Below are positions 1 to 11,340 of a DNA stretch of 64,000 bases, one piece after another. The notes under the pieces were generated by a model that saw nothing but the letters and a program-made list of their open reading frames with translations, had not been told where the DNA came from and did not search any database. How positions within the stretch are numbered: position 1 is the first letter of the stretch; each line of letters opens with the position of its first letter. The translations under genes were made by a program, and so were the position numbers. The stretch is from Eledone cirrhosa (Eukaryota): contig OZ024740.1 of NCBI GenBank assembly GCA_964016885.1, forward strand, positions 285,634,001 through 285,698,000, written 5' to 3'.

Positions 1-273
1 CCTTTTGCATTTAAATCGGCTGTATCCGGCCAGAATTCTCTCACTTCTTTCTGTTCAAAGCAGCCATAACCGGCTGCTTATATTTATGTTAAGGTATTGT
101 TCTCAAAATAAATAATTTCAAAATCTCATAGATTCAATATTATGCGAGATAATTATAGAAAATCTCAAATTTTATAGTATGTGGTTTAATATTGATTGAT
201 TGTTAAAATAAATAAAAAAATAAATAAATAAGGAAAAGAACCAAGTTAAATATATTATGATTATTATTATTAA

Positions 274-491
274 GGTGGTGGGTTGGCAGTATTGGTAGAG
301 TGTCGGACAGCATGCTTTTGGCATATAGTTATGGCTCTTTATGTTCTGAGTTTGAATCTTGCTGAAGTTAGCTTTGCCTCTCATTCTTACAGGTCAATAG
401 AATATACTACCAGTAACATGCTGGGGGTTAATTTAATTAATTTTTCCCTCCCCCAAAATTGTTGGCCTTGTGCCTAAATCAGAAACCATTA
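274..491 (+). mobile_element. tRNA-derived SINE, family 1 (diverged copy)
   Basis: A-box-like TGGCAGTATTGGTAG, B-box-like GAGTTTGAATC and tail GGCCTTGTGCCTAAATCAGAAACCATT; homologous to many copies in the window. Confidence 0.85.
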
Positions 492-667
492 TTAACCCTT
501 TAGCCTTTACATTACTCTATATTTGCTATTGTATTTTCGAATCTACGAGATTTTTATATTATTTATTTTGAGAACATAAGTATGAGCAACCAGTTATGGC
601 TGGTTTGAACAGAAAGAGGTGAGATCATTCTGGCCAGAAACAGCTGGTTTAAATGCTAAAGGGTTAA
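492..667. mobile_element. piggyBac-like MITE (family A)
   Basis: TTAA|CCCTTTAGC ... GCTAAAGGG|TTAA: terminal inverted repeats with TTAA target duplication. About 12 full or partial copies (also ~1-170, 3249-3455, 10070-10297, 13501-13720, 17019-17120, 21280-21471, 35016-35241, 48206-48419). Confidence 0.85.
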
Positions 668-797
668 GGCATTGGATTGACAAAAGGCCTTATGGTATTT
701 AATTATGGATCTTTACATTCTTTAGGAGACGATTTAATCAACAAATGCCTCCTTCCAAATTCTAGCCTTGTACCATTATTATTATTGTTGTTGTTAG

Positions 798-1016
798 GGC
801 GGTGGATTGGCAGTTTCGGTAGAGGGTCGGATGCCATGCTTTGCAGCACAGTTACGTCCCTTTATGATCTGAGTTCAAATCCCGCCGAGGTTGACTTTGC
901 CTATCACCCTTATGGGGTCGATAAAATAAAGTACCAGTCACGCACTGGGGTCGATTTAATTGACTTTCCCCTCCCCCCAAATTGCTGGCCTTGTGCCTAT
1001 AATAGAAACCATTATT
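798..1016 (+). mobile_element. tRNA-derived SINE, family 1 (full length)
   Basis: GGCGGTGGATTGGCAG head, B box GAGTTCAAATCC, central GGGGTCGATAAAATAAAGTACCAG domain and (ATT)n tail. Confidence 0.9.
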
Positions 1017-1933
1017 ATTATTGTTGTTGTTAATAAGGATGTGATTGGAATTGTGTTGCAGCAGAAAGTTGTCAGCAAATCAGTTTTGATTCCCTACTGT
1101 TGGAACTACTTCATTCAGATTGGAAGAACTCAACAATTCCCTAGAGTTTATCCTTTAAATTTTTGTATATTAATTTTTTTTTAATTAGATAATCCCAAAC
1201 AAGGTGTGAAACTGTTTAGTGTAAGGGACTCTGAAGAAGGAGAAATTAAGACAAAAGGAATGAATTTACTTTAGACTTGAAAGAGTTCAGGTCATAAGGA
1301 GGAGGACAGTTTCTCAAACTTTAAGAAAATACTATAACTGTATAATGAATGCAGTACATTTGATAATTATATAAATATATATAAACCATAGAGATATTAA
1401 TATGAATTATATATATTTGTTATTTATATCTTGAAAGTTGTAGTTTTATCTATCTTTTATTCTTCTCTTCATTAGTAGGATTGTGGAGAATTTCACCTTT
1501 TCCCTATAGTTCTTAGGTTTGGAGTGTCTGTGTTCTATTATGAAATCTGAATCTATTTCTAACCAGACAGCTATGTTTGTAGATAAACTTTGGAATATGG
1601 TATTTCTTCCATTCCAAAGCAGTCTATATAAAGTTTAGATATTTATGGTATCAGTATGAATATTGTAAGCTTTATTTGGTTGTTTAGTCTTTTATCATAA
1701 CTGCATTCTTCATATGTTGAAAGAAGGAAAACATATGTGAGGCTGTTCTTTTTTAATTTATATTTAAGTATGTCTTCCTCTGGCAATATCTTTCATATTT
1801 ATAAAAATAATGATAATACCTGATGTAGACATTTGTTTACATTTGTTTGCACATTTATTGATCTATATTTAATCATTTATCTATATTACTATAGTTCAGT
1901 CTATGTCTGTCTTTTTATATCTGTATACATATA

Positions 1934-2129
1934 TGAGGGTTGGCTGAAAAGTTCATAAGCTTACAAAGATACTCTCATGGGATGACCAAATGAGGTTTAT
2001 TTTTCAACATAGTCCCTGGAAAGAAACAATGCAGTTATTAATAAGAAGAGTTGAAATTAATGCATGCAAGATTTCACAGCTCTAGCATCAATCCTTCATA
2101 GTCAGCCCATGAACTTTTCAGCTGACCCT

Positions 2130-2131
<2 letters not shown>
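1934..2131. mobile_element. Tc1/mariner-type MITE
   Basis: TA|TGAGGGTTGGCTGAAAAGTTCAT ... ATGAACTTTTCAGCTGACCCTCA inverted termini; further copies at ~6421-6577, 21677-21868, 29075-29260 and partial 3120-3237. Confidence 0.85.
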
Positions 2132-2173
<42 letters not shown>

Positions 2174-2191
2174 GTATTTATGTATGTACTG

Positions 2192-2475
2192 TGAAGGCAA
2201 GTAGCTTAGTGGTTAGGGTTTTTGGCTCATGATTGTGGCATGTTGTGTCTTTCTGTTACCTTATTTTACATTGCTCCAGTCCACTCAGTTGGAAAAAATG
2301 AGTCATACCTGTAATTTAAATAGGCAGACCTACCACACACAATGTCACACTGAATTATATTAAGAATACATGTGTTTGTGAAATACTCAGTAACTTACAT
2401 GCTGATTTCTTGAGTAGACTGTTCTGTTGATCAAACATCTGAAACACTTGGCATCAGAACCAATGAAAATCCTGC
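2192..2475 (+). mobile_element. tRNA-derived SINE, family 2 (decayed)
   Basis: GAAGGC..GCTTAGTGGTTAGG head and TTGCTCCAGTCCACTCAG core shared with the copy at 9333. Confidence 0.7.
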
Positions 2476-2528
2476 ACATGTAGATATGTTATATGGAGGT
2501 GTATATAAATTAATATTAACTTATATTA

Positions 2529-2731
2529 CTGTATATACTCGAATATAAGCTGAGGAATATGTGACAAAAAAATCGATAGAAGGGTGGGCTCAGCTTATAT
2601 TTTGGGTCAATATTTTGATGATTTTTCACCAACTTCAAATTCTACATAAGTAAGGTTTGGATTTTTGCCCATTTCTCAGACATAGTGGGGTCAGCTTATA
2701 TTTGTCTTGACTTATAGTCGAGTATATATAG
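2529..2731. mobile_element. Tc1/mariner-superfamily MITE (single copy in window)
   Basis: TA|CTGTATATACTCGAATATAAG ... CTTATAGTCGAGTATATATAG|TA: 21-bp TIRs, TA duplication and internal TCAGCTTATATTT subrepeats. Confidence 0.85.
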
Positions 2732-3737
2732 TAAAAGAGCAGTACTTAGCCTGGTCACAGCCAACAGGGCAGAATTAGTAAAGGTTTCTTGTTTTGAATT
2801 TCAGCCATTGTTATTTTACTTTATTATAGTTTTAACTATTTTGTTTCCATATTTCTTATGAAAGACTATGATTTTCAAAAAATATTAAAAAATAATTGTT
2901 TGGAACTTAATGTAACAGAGATACTTACATAAAATTATGTTGATAAAGCTGGAGCGTCATCCACTAATGTAGAAACCATGTCAGCATGAATGTTCTTGGG
3001 GATTAAACCCATTTTCTACAAGTACTTGATAATACCACAATGTCAAATTTTGTCCATTTTCAAGAGAAGTCGCTAGTAGTTACTTTGAAGTCTTCTTTGA
3101 ACAGTCAGATGTCAGTTTAACTAGAAAGAAACAATGCCAGTTATTAATTAGAAGAGTTGAAATTAATGCATGCAAGATTTCATAGCTCTAGCATCACTCC
3201 TTCATAGTTAGCCTATGAATTTTTCAGTCTATCCTAGAATAAACACTTTAACCCATTAGCATTTAAACTCGCTGTATCTGGCCAGAATTCTCTCACCTCT
3301 TTCTGTTCAAACCAGCTGTAACTAGCTGCTCATACTGAATAAATAATATCAAAATCTCATAGATTCAATATTATGTGAGATAATTATGTGAGATAAAGCC
3401 TTTACCATGAAAATATAATAGTAAATGTAGAGTAATGTAAATGCTAAAAGAGTCAAATAAACAGTTGTATATTGTAAAACCATGGACAGTTCTAGGTGCT
3501 TTTCTATCCTGGCACTGTATTGGACAGATCTGTGATATCATCACTCATCTTGGTCTTTTTCATTGTCACATCTATGATAACATAAGTTCAAACATCTTGG
3601 AATCTGACCTCATCACTTCTGTGCTTGTTGGTACATGGCACTTTTTCACACAACACTCATCACTCATCCACATGACCTGTCCACACTAGCAGTCATCTCT
3701 CTCTATATATATCTACTGCTTTCTTCAATGTTCTACT

Positions 3738-3738
<1 letters not shown>

Positions 3739-3813
<75 letters not shown>
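3739..3813. repeat. (CT)n microsatellite
   Basis: Perfect CT run of about 75 bp. Confidence 0.98.
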
Positions 3814-3819
<6 letters not shown>

Positions 3820-4084
3820 TTTGTGCTTTGCCTTTCATACAAATTAATTTGTTACATTCAAAAGATTATAACTAACTTATTTCTTCTAGCCTTACCAGAT
3901 CTTTTACATTCAGCTCCCATGTCTCACTACCATGCCTTACACATGCTTCTATTGACTCTATCTTTTCATGCAGAGAGAGAAACTCTTTGTTGCTAGTAGA
4001 CGTTACAAACTCAGAACTCTGTTTCATGCCTCACTTACTCTAGTGGCTATATTTACACTACAACCACCTCTAGTAATAATTAGA

Positions 4085-4445
4085 TCACCTAGATGACAGA
4101 AACTATTCATTATATTTAGTGACCTTGCTGAACAGTTCAGACATCATATGTTTGTATGTTAGTTGTCATAAATATCCTGCTGCACTCAATATCAAACCCA
4201 GGTTTTGTTGCCTGACAAGTTGAAGATTGCAAGCTGTAGAAGTATCATCCACTTTCTGATAGGTTTGTCATTGAACTTCTAGTGGTGGAGACATCCTACA
4301 TTATTAGTCCACAAACAACCACCCTACTCACTGTTATTGGGATGGACTGAGCTCCACGAGTTGGAATGGTTATTTCAATTCATCTCCCTCTCTATACTCC
4401 AGGGTAATGCCTTCTCCATTCTGTCCACTGGGACCCTGAGGGAGT
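4085..4445 (+). mobile_element. Decayed CRE-like non-LTR retrotransposon, restriction-like endonuclease C-terminus
   Basis: Translates as QVEDCKL*KYHPLSDRFVIELLVVETS ... ELEWLFQFISLSILQGNAFSIL, matching the K..KY / P..VET / QR.S....RGNA pattern; contains a stop and deletions. Confidence 0.7.
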
Positions 4446-5207
4446 GTGCACCTTGGTTTCTGCCTACCAGAAATCATTCCCCCACACTGTCAACACATGT
4501 ATTCACACACACCAGCCTTATCTGTACAGAAATAATTTAATAACTCTGAAAAAAAAAATTTATTTAGAAGTTCCAACGACTTCGTTTTCTGACTCTTCCC
4601 TGGATACTAAAAACCTACAGTATATATACCTGATGTTAACTACTGCATATCCCTCACATTAAAAGTCTTGGTTCTCTGTCAATTTGCCACAGGTAGTAAA
4701 TATTTTGTTCGTTTATTGTTTGCATTGAGTACAGAGTATCAAGTTTCTACCTACTTCTGTCAAACATATCAACCCAGATGACATAACGTCTTTTGTTCAC
4801 TATTAATAGTTGGTACATTCTGGTGTATTAGTGTTCAGGTTTTTAAATAATACTCAGTTTTTCTATGTTATGTTCGGAACATATTCAATACCATTTCAGT
4901 AGATTCAGATTTAATGAAAACCAGATCAATGTATAAAAAAGTTTCCAAAGACATCAACACCTGAAATCCTGTATTTTGTCTATGGAGAAGTGACCGATGG
5001 GGTTAGTAGCATGTCACTTGGACACAACTTGTATCATTGTTTATTGTATCATTAACCTTGGTCAGGTCATCTGGATTAGGGTGTATGTTGTAAGACCCAA
5101 GACACCCAGTGACTCCAGGATACAACAGTGATGACGTATCCAAGCTTTGTATCTGTGGATATGTGAAGAACTTGAACATTATGTGTATATATGTATGTAT
5201 TATATAT

Positions 5208-5818
5208 AAGGTCAGGTCACCAGTTGGTGCTACTGGTAACATGTATCCCAGTACAACCTGTCTCATGGTCGGGTCGTTGGCGACTAAACTGGCAACCCCA
5301 CCAAGGTTTCTTGGTGAGGAGGGTGACTTTGGACATCCTGCAGGACTAAAAACAAAACCTGTCAAAGGGCAAAGGAGCTCTTAAGAGTCAATGGCCATCC
5401 AAAATCACCGGGAGAGATGACCCCTTAGCCTTTGTCAAGGCAGCATTCTAGGAGAAGGAAAACTCTGATATAATACCTGCAACCCTGATGGTATCCAATG
5501 ATGTTGACTTGTTCTTCTTTTTGGTAAATATCATCTTGGTTAAGAGAGTGGGACTGGCTTTGTGCAGTGCCTTTGCTCACTATAAAAGCTTCACGGCACA
5601 GGCATTGCTTTATATCTGGAGATCTCTCTGCACTTGTCGTCACATGGTACCATAGGTCCAGCACTATGTGTCAATAATTGTCACAAGTGTAGTGTTTGTA
5701 CCAGAGTTTTCAAGTCGCTGGCTGGACTAAAAAGTCACACTCGTTCAGCGCATCGGTAGGGGTTCTTCTGCATGGATATAAAGTAGTGGCCGTACTCGAA
5801 AACGAGTTGGCAGCCACC

Positions 5819-5820
<2 letters not shown>
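5208..5820 (+). mobile_element. Internally deleted RTE-clade element (5' UTR joined to C2H2 zinc-finger 3' end)
   Basis: RTE-type leader motif CTAGGAGAAGGAAAACTCTGA. 5682-5759 encodes HKCSVCTRVFKSLAGLKSHTRSAHR*. A 3' stem-loop CTCG-AAAA-CGAG is followed by (TA)n. Confidence 0.7.
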
Positions 5821-5872
<52 letters not shown>

Positions 5873-7159
5873 CACACACACATATATTCTAAGAATAGAA
5901 ATATTCCTTGCATTCATTCTTTGCTTTTTTTTTTATTGTTATCTATGTAATCTAAAGATGAAATTAAAATACTTAATTGCTCAGTTCAGACTAGCAACAA
6001 CAAAAATAATCAATTTATCATTTTCACATTGCTACATGGATTGTGTTAGTATGCTTATTTAAATAAAACAAATAATAATAATAGTGGGAATTTTAGCATT
6101 TGTAGACGACTGTACTCCGGATTTGGGAATTTGCATAGAAGTGAACCAAATATATAAATCATCATCATCACCGTTTTATGTCCATTTTTCCATGCTTGCA
6201 TGGGTCAGACGGGTTGTCCGTGTTGAGAGACAAGTTTGTCCAGGATTGGCCACAATGTAATTTGTTCTGATGGGAATGTAAATTTGACCAGGGTTTTTAT
6301 AGCTGGATGCCCTTCCTAACACCAACCCACATTTACAAAATATAAGAAAAAAGACAAACAAACAAAAACAATTTAGGACTACAAAGAGGTATAAAAAATG
6401 AAATTGTTAAGGACAGAAGCTACAAGGGTTGGCTGAAGGAGTGATGCTAGAGCTGTGAAAACTTGCATTAATTTCAATCCTTATTATTCCAGGGACTATG
6501 TTGAAAAATAAACCTCATTTGATCATTCTATGAGAGTATCTTGGTCAGCCTATGAACTTTTCAGCTGACTCTCATACCTTAAAATGATGAAACAGACATG
6601 AAACTAATTAAATTATGCTTGGTATAAAGTGTGTGCGAGTGTGAGTAAATCACCATCATCAGTTTATGTCCACTTTCCATGCTGGCATGGGCTGAATGGG
6701 TCATTTCAGACCAAGTTAGTACTTAATCAGAGCTATAGTCTTCCTACTCAATCATGGTTTCTAGAGGTGGATCTCCTTCCGAATGCCACCCCTTCTACAG
6801 TGTGTACTGAATACATCTTATGACATCAGAGAGAAAGAGAGAAGCACACACAGACACACACACTTGGGGGTGTGTGTAAATATATTTGTTTAACAGACAT
6901 AAGTAAAAGTGGCCTTTCTTGCTAGTGGTAAGTGAGGGCATGACATAAACGAGGTGTTTGTTGGAATTGAAGACTTTAATTGAAAAACAGATAAGCATAA
7001 ATGTTGTAAAGTTAGTGTAATTTGTAACACTGTTACCTGGCAAGCTGATTGATATGTAGTGCAGTTCATTAGTAGGTCTGTACTATTTTAATCCCAGTGT
7101 AAGCACTTAGACAGGTGTAATGTTTAATGCTTTATGTGCATGTTGGGGGTGGGAGTGGC

Positions 7160-7208
<49 letters not shown>

Positions 7209-7284
7209 TGGCAAATTTCAATAATCTATTCATATGCAGGTGTGTGTATGTGTGTGTATATATATATATATATGCACGTATGTA

Positions 7285-7560
7285 TCATCATCATCACCGT
7301 TTTACGCCTGTTCTTCCACGCTAGCATGGGTTAGACGGGTTGTCCTGTTGTGGGCAGAGTCCGGTCGGCTGACATTGTCTTGCTCATACGGGAACTGATT
7401 CTGGCTAGATTTCTACAGCTGGATGCCCTTCCTAACACCAACCTCATTTACAGTGAGTGCTGGGTGCTTTTTTTCCATGGTGCCTACACATCCACTTTAC
7501 AGTGTGGTCTGGGTGCTTTTTTACTGTGGCACCTCCACGACCACTTTGCAGTGGAATGAT
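7285..7560 (-). mobile_element. SINE family 3 (RTE-like 3' tail ending in (GAT)n)
   Basis: Reverse of GGAAGGGCATCCAGC...CATGCTAGCGTGGAA...AAACGGTGATGATG. Other copies at ~6160-6340, 11445-11770, 14850-14975, 23060-23285, 25030-25190, 34560-34910, 46600-46780, 51130-51570, 53525-53667. Confidence 0.8.
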
Positions 7561-8742
7561 ATGGACCCCAGTCCCTATCATCTCATTTCTACAGCTGAAT
7601 AAACTGGATGGAGCAATGTGAAATAAAGTGTCTTGCTCAAGGAAACAATACATCACCCGGTCCAAGAATTGAACTTGGACTGGATGATGTGTTGTTTCCT
7701 TGAGCAAGACACTTTATATATCATCATTATCATCATCATTTTCCCTGCTTGCAAAGGTGGGACGGGAACTGATTCTGGCTAGATTTCTACAGCTGGATGC
7801 CCTTCCTAACAGGAACCTCATTTACAGTGAGTGCTGGGTGCTTTTTTTTCCGTGGCGCCTATATGTCCACTTTACAGTGTGGGCGAGTGCTTTTTTGCCA
7901 TGGCACCTCCACGACCACTTTGCAGTGGAATGATAGGGAACCCAGTCCTATCATCTCATTTCTGCAGCTGAGTAAACTGGAGCAATGTGAAATAAAGTAT
8001 CTTGCTCAAGGAAACAACACAGTTTTCTAATGATAAGGGCCCTAGTCTTATTATAGGTTATATTGGTTAATGATACAATAGCCTTTGACAAGGCTGGACC
8101 TTTGAATTACAGGTACAACTTATGCCAACTGAGTGAACTGGAGCAATGTGAAATATAGTGTCTTGCTCAAATGCAGCATGCTGCCAGGAATCGAAGTCAC
8201 AACCTTAAAATCGTGAGCTGAACACCCTAACCACATAGCCAAGCACCTTTGCAAATTCCAATGCACACACACACACACTGAATAGTTGTTCACTAATACA
8301 TAGACCATGTATAAATACTCATGTTTTTTTATGTAAATATGTCTATGTATTCATTCACCCATGTCTACCATACTGAGAAAAAAAAAACACCTTCATAGTC
8401 ATTAAAATATCAAGTATATCATAAAAGCTTATATAGTTTCTTGGCATAATTCCTGTATGAACTTTATCTTAATGTTTTTTTAATATATGCGTCAGCCATT
8501 TAAAAAAAAAAGTTTGTGTAAGTATGGCTTTTGCATCTACAAGAAAGATAATTTAGATATCCTACACTAAAGAAATAAGTTAAGATTATTTTTACTGCAT
8601 CATATTTATATCTATAGATACACATGTATTTTTACAATATCCGGTTGGCAAATTTCAGGAATCTATTCATATCTGTTTGGCAAATTTTTTAAAAAGCAGC
8701 CTGTGTATCTGCAACAAAATTCATTTGCTTAGTATTTTAACC

Positions 8743-8775
<33 letters not shown>

Positions 8776-9037
8776 GTGTGTGTGTATGTGATTATAGTGT
8801 AGTGCGTCACTATTTTTGGGGGTTAGATGAGAGAAGCTCTATGAACATTACAGTCCTTTGTTGATCAGGAACTCAAAGTGAACGATTAAGTTATCGACAA
8901 TTAAAATATTCTGTTGTTAAGGGCGGTTCAGGTAGCAGAGCATTAAAATTCAAATTTAATTATATATGCATGTATACATATGTCTGTCCATAGAACAATA
9001 AAAAAAACAGAAGTCAGGTGTAGGTAAATAGTTAGTT

Positions 9038-9159
9038 CATTGATTTATGATCGTTTCAGAGGGTTGAATGATCGAAGATTGATGTATCGACTAGCGTGGT
9101 AGTGGTTAAGTAACTACCTAATTCTAGTCTTGTAATCCCTGTCCTTCTCAGAAACACTA
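9038..9159 (-). ncRNA. Decayed type I hammerhead ribozyme with long stem II
   Basis: Minus strand: CTGA-GA (1-nt deletion), AGGG/CCCT and GACTAG/CTAGTC stem II pairings, then GAAAC GATC ATA (palindromic tetraloop, GTA>ATA); abuts (TA)n. Confidence 0.55.
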
Positions 9160-9298
9160 TATATATATATATATATGTCTAAAGTCTGTCTCAAGCCTGG
9201 AGGCTCATCAGGATAGTGCTTATCCTGGTTTCCATGTTGTTACTGAGAGTACAATACTTCCCGCTGGACAGGACACCAGACCATCGCAGGGTTAAAAA

Positions 9299-9329
<31 letters not shown>

Positions 9330-9332
9330 TCG

Positions 9333-9650
9333 TGAAGGCACATGGCTTAGGGGTTAGAACATTGGGCTTGCAATTGGAAGGTTGTGAGTTCGATTCTCGG
9401 ACCGGGTGATGCGTTGTGTCCTTGAGCAAGACACTTTATTTCATGTTGCTCCAGTTCACTCACTGGTGTGAAGCTGTATCAGCCATTGCTTTTCCCTTGG
9501 ACGACATCGGTGTCATGAAGAGGGGAGACTGGTATGCATGGGCAACTGCTGGTCTTCCACAAACAACTTTGCCCAGACTTGTGCCTCGGAGAGAAACTTT
9601 CTAGGTGCAAATCACATGGCCACTCGTGACTGAAGGGGGTCTTTTATACT
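9333..9650 (+). mobile_element. tRNA-derived SINE, family 2 (best copy)
   Basis: A box TGGCTTAGGGGTTAG, B box GAGTTCGATTC and core GTGTCCTTGAGCAAGACACTT. Relatives at ~8090-8250(-), 18440-18740, 22590-22890(-), 26540-26765, 42335-42655. Confidence 0.85.
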
Positions 9651-10304
9651 TTTTATATATATATCTTTGAAGAAACAGCCAGAATGCTGCTATATATTTT
9701 TTTATCTGTTGTCTTTATTAATTGTAAGCCTTAAAGACTAAAGGTTTCTTACAGAAAGTTCCTTACGTACAAGTATGTAACTATTAAAAGTGAAAAGAAA
9801 AGCATTTAATTAGTTTCTTATGTCTCCTCCATAAGAGAACTGTAAATTAAATATTTCATTAGCTTGCAGTGCTGGTGGTTTTAAGAAAGCTACAAAGATA
9901 CTCCTCAATACTCAAATCATCTTGGTAAACCTTGTTATTGGATTTAGTTCTGATAACAGGTAGTATATGATGGTTTCACAATCCATTGATATCTTTTGTT
10001 GTTGTTACAGCTCATACCTATGTAGGTTTAGCTATGAGGTTGCATCATGTATGAAGTTTCTCAGGTATTTTAACCCTTTAGCATTCACATTACTCTATAT
10101 ATACTATTATATTTTCATGGTAAAAACTTTACCTCACATAATTATCACACATAATATCGAATCTATGAGATTTCGAAAGTATTTATTTTGAGAACAATAC
10201 CTTAACATCAGTTTGAGAAACCAGTTACAGCCAGTTTCAACAGAAATAGGGAGAGAATTCTGGCCGGTTTTGGCCGGTTTGAACATTAAAGAGTTAACAC
10301 ACAG

Positions 10305-10592
10305 GCATTTAGAACCAAATATATATTTTACTAAATACGAAGAATTCTGAGTTCCAATCTTGCTGAGGTGAGTTTTGTCTTGCATCCTTACAGGGTCGAT
10401 AAAATATAGTACCAGTAATGCATTAGGGTCAATTTAATCGACTTTCCCCTTTCCCAAAATAGTTGGCCTTGTGCCTATTAATAATTGTTTCTACTTTTGG
10501 CACAAGGTCAGCAATTACCCAGTACATTACTGGTACTTTATTTTATCAACCCCGTAAGGATGAAAGGCAAAGTTAACCTCGGCGGGATTTGA
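10305..10592. mobile_element. Two family-1 SINEs tail-to-tail
   Basis: A + copy ending GTGCCTATTAAT (~10482) is immediately followed by a reverse copy AATTGTTTCTAC...GGCGGGATTTGAA. Confidence 0.8.
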
Positions 10593-10737
10593 ATAATGGT
10601 AGGAATAATGGTTAGGTCAGGTCAGCTACACATTTTTTGTTGTCTTTTAGCAAGACACATTATTATTTGTCTCAAGTATTTTATAAACCATCATTATGTT
10701 TTAAATTCATGTTTTAATTTCGTTTGCTTATGATTTT

Positions 10738-11000
10738 ATTAATTCTTTTGATACCAAACAGCCTGACACCACTCCTGGTTCTGATAGTAAAATGTGTTTT
10801 AAAATGTTTAATGTTTATCTAAAAATCTTCCATCATAAATTTATGTAAGAACGTTTGTTAAATTATGCCTCAAACTCCAGCTTAATAATTAAAAACTTAA
10901 TTATATTACTAAATCTTTCCAAGTTTTTCATTCTTTTCAAAATTAGTTGAAAATAATAGACATTATCTTTCATTAGAAATAAGGTAATGGAAAGATTAAA
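10738..11000. mobile_element. Older piggyBac-like MITE (family B)
   Basis: TTAATTCTTTTGATACCAAAC ... GGTAATGGAAAGATTAA; relatives at ~24787-25270, 33510-33742, 41490-41733, 61600-62020, 62025-62365. Confidence 0.65.
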
Positions 11001-11084
11001 CTAGATTTTTTTTTTTTTAAAATTACAATATTGGAAATTTTCTTTCTTCATTACTAAAAGTGTTTCATTTATTTTATATTTCAG

Positions 11085-11340
11085 TTATTTTGGGGTCAAT
11101 TGCAGTTCAATGACACCTCAAAATGATGGCCTACCGCTGTCTGAGGAACTTTGTAACACTAATGAATTCCAGATATGTTTGGATGGATTTGGATTTATAA
11201 TTACTAACATCCAAAAACATAACTGATTAATATAACTCCTTGTCAAAAAGAACATTTTATATATTATAATCATGGCTTTGTATGGAAATTACCATTTTAC
11301 AGTATGTCTACAAAAGCCACCAGAAAGAAGGACGCAGAAG
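11085..11340 (+). other. Candidate exon (5' UTR plus start of CDS) of an unidentified gene
   Basis: Unique non-repeat sequence between acceptor TTTCATTTATTTTATATTTCAG and donor AAG|GTAAAA. ATG 11304 gives MSTKATRKKDAE(G) and ATG 11272 gives MALYGNYHFTVCLQKPPERRTQK; both are open to the donor. Product not recognised. Confidence 0.45.

Noticed and set aside
798-890. tRNA-like A and B boxes at the SINE heads
   Set aside because: No complete cloverleaf; always fused to the SINE core, so not tRNA genes
1185-1320. Possible Penelope GIY-YIG C-terminal remnant (LRQKE*IYFRL)
   Set aside because: Match too short and degenerate to support without a profile search
9185-9240. Minus-strand CTGATGA GCC TCCA GGC hammerhead look-alike
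   Set aside because: Followed by TTGAGA rather than GAAA, with no closing stems I and III; lies in a SINE tail fragment
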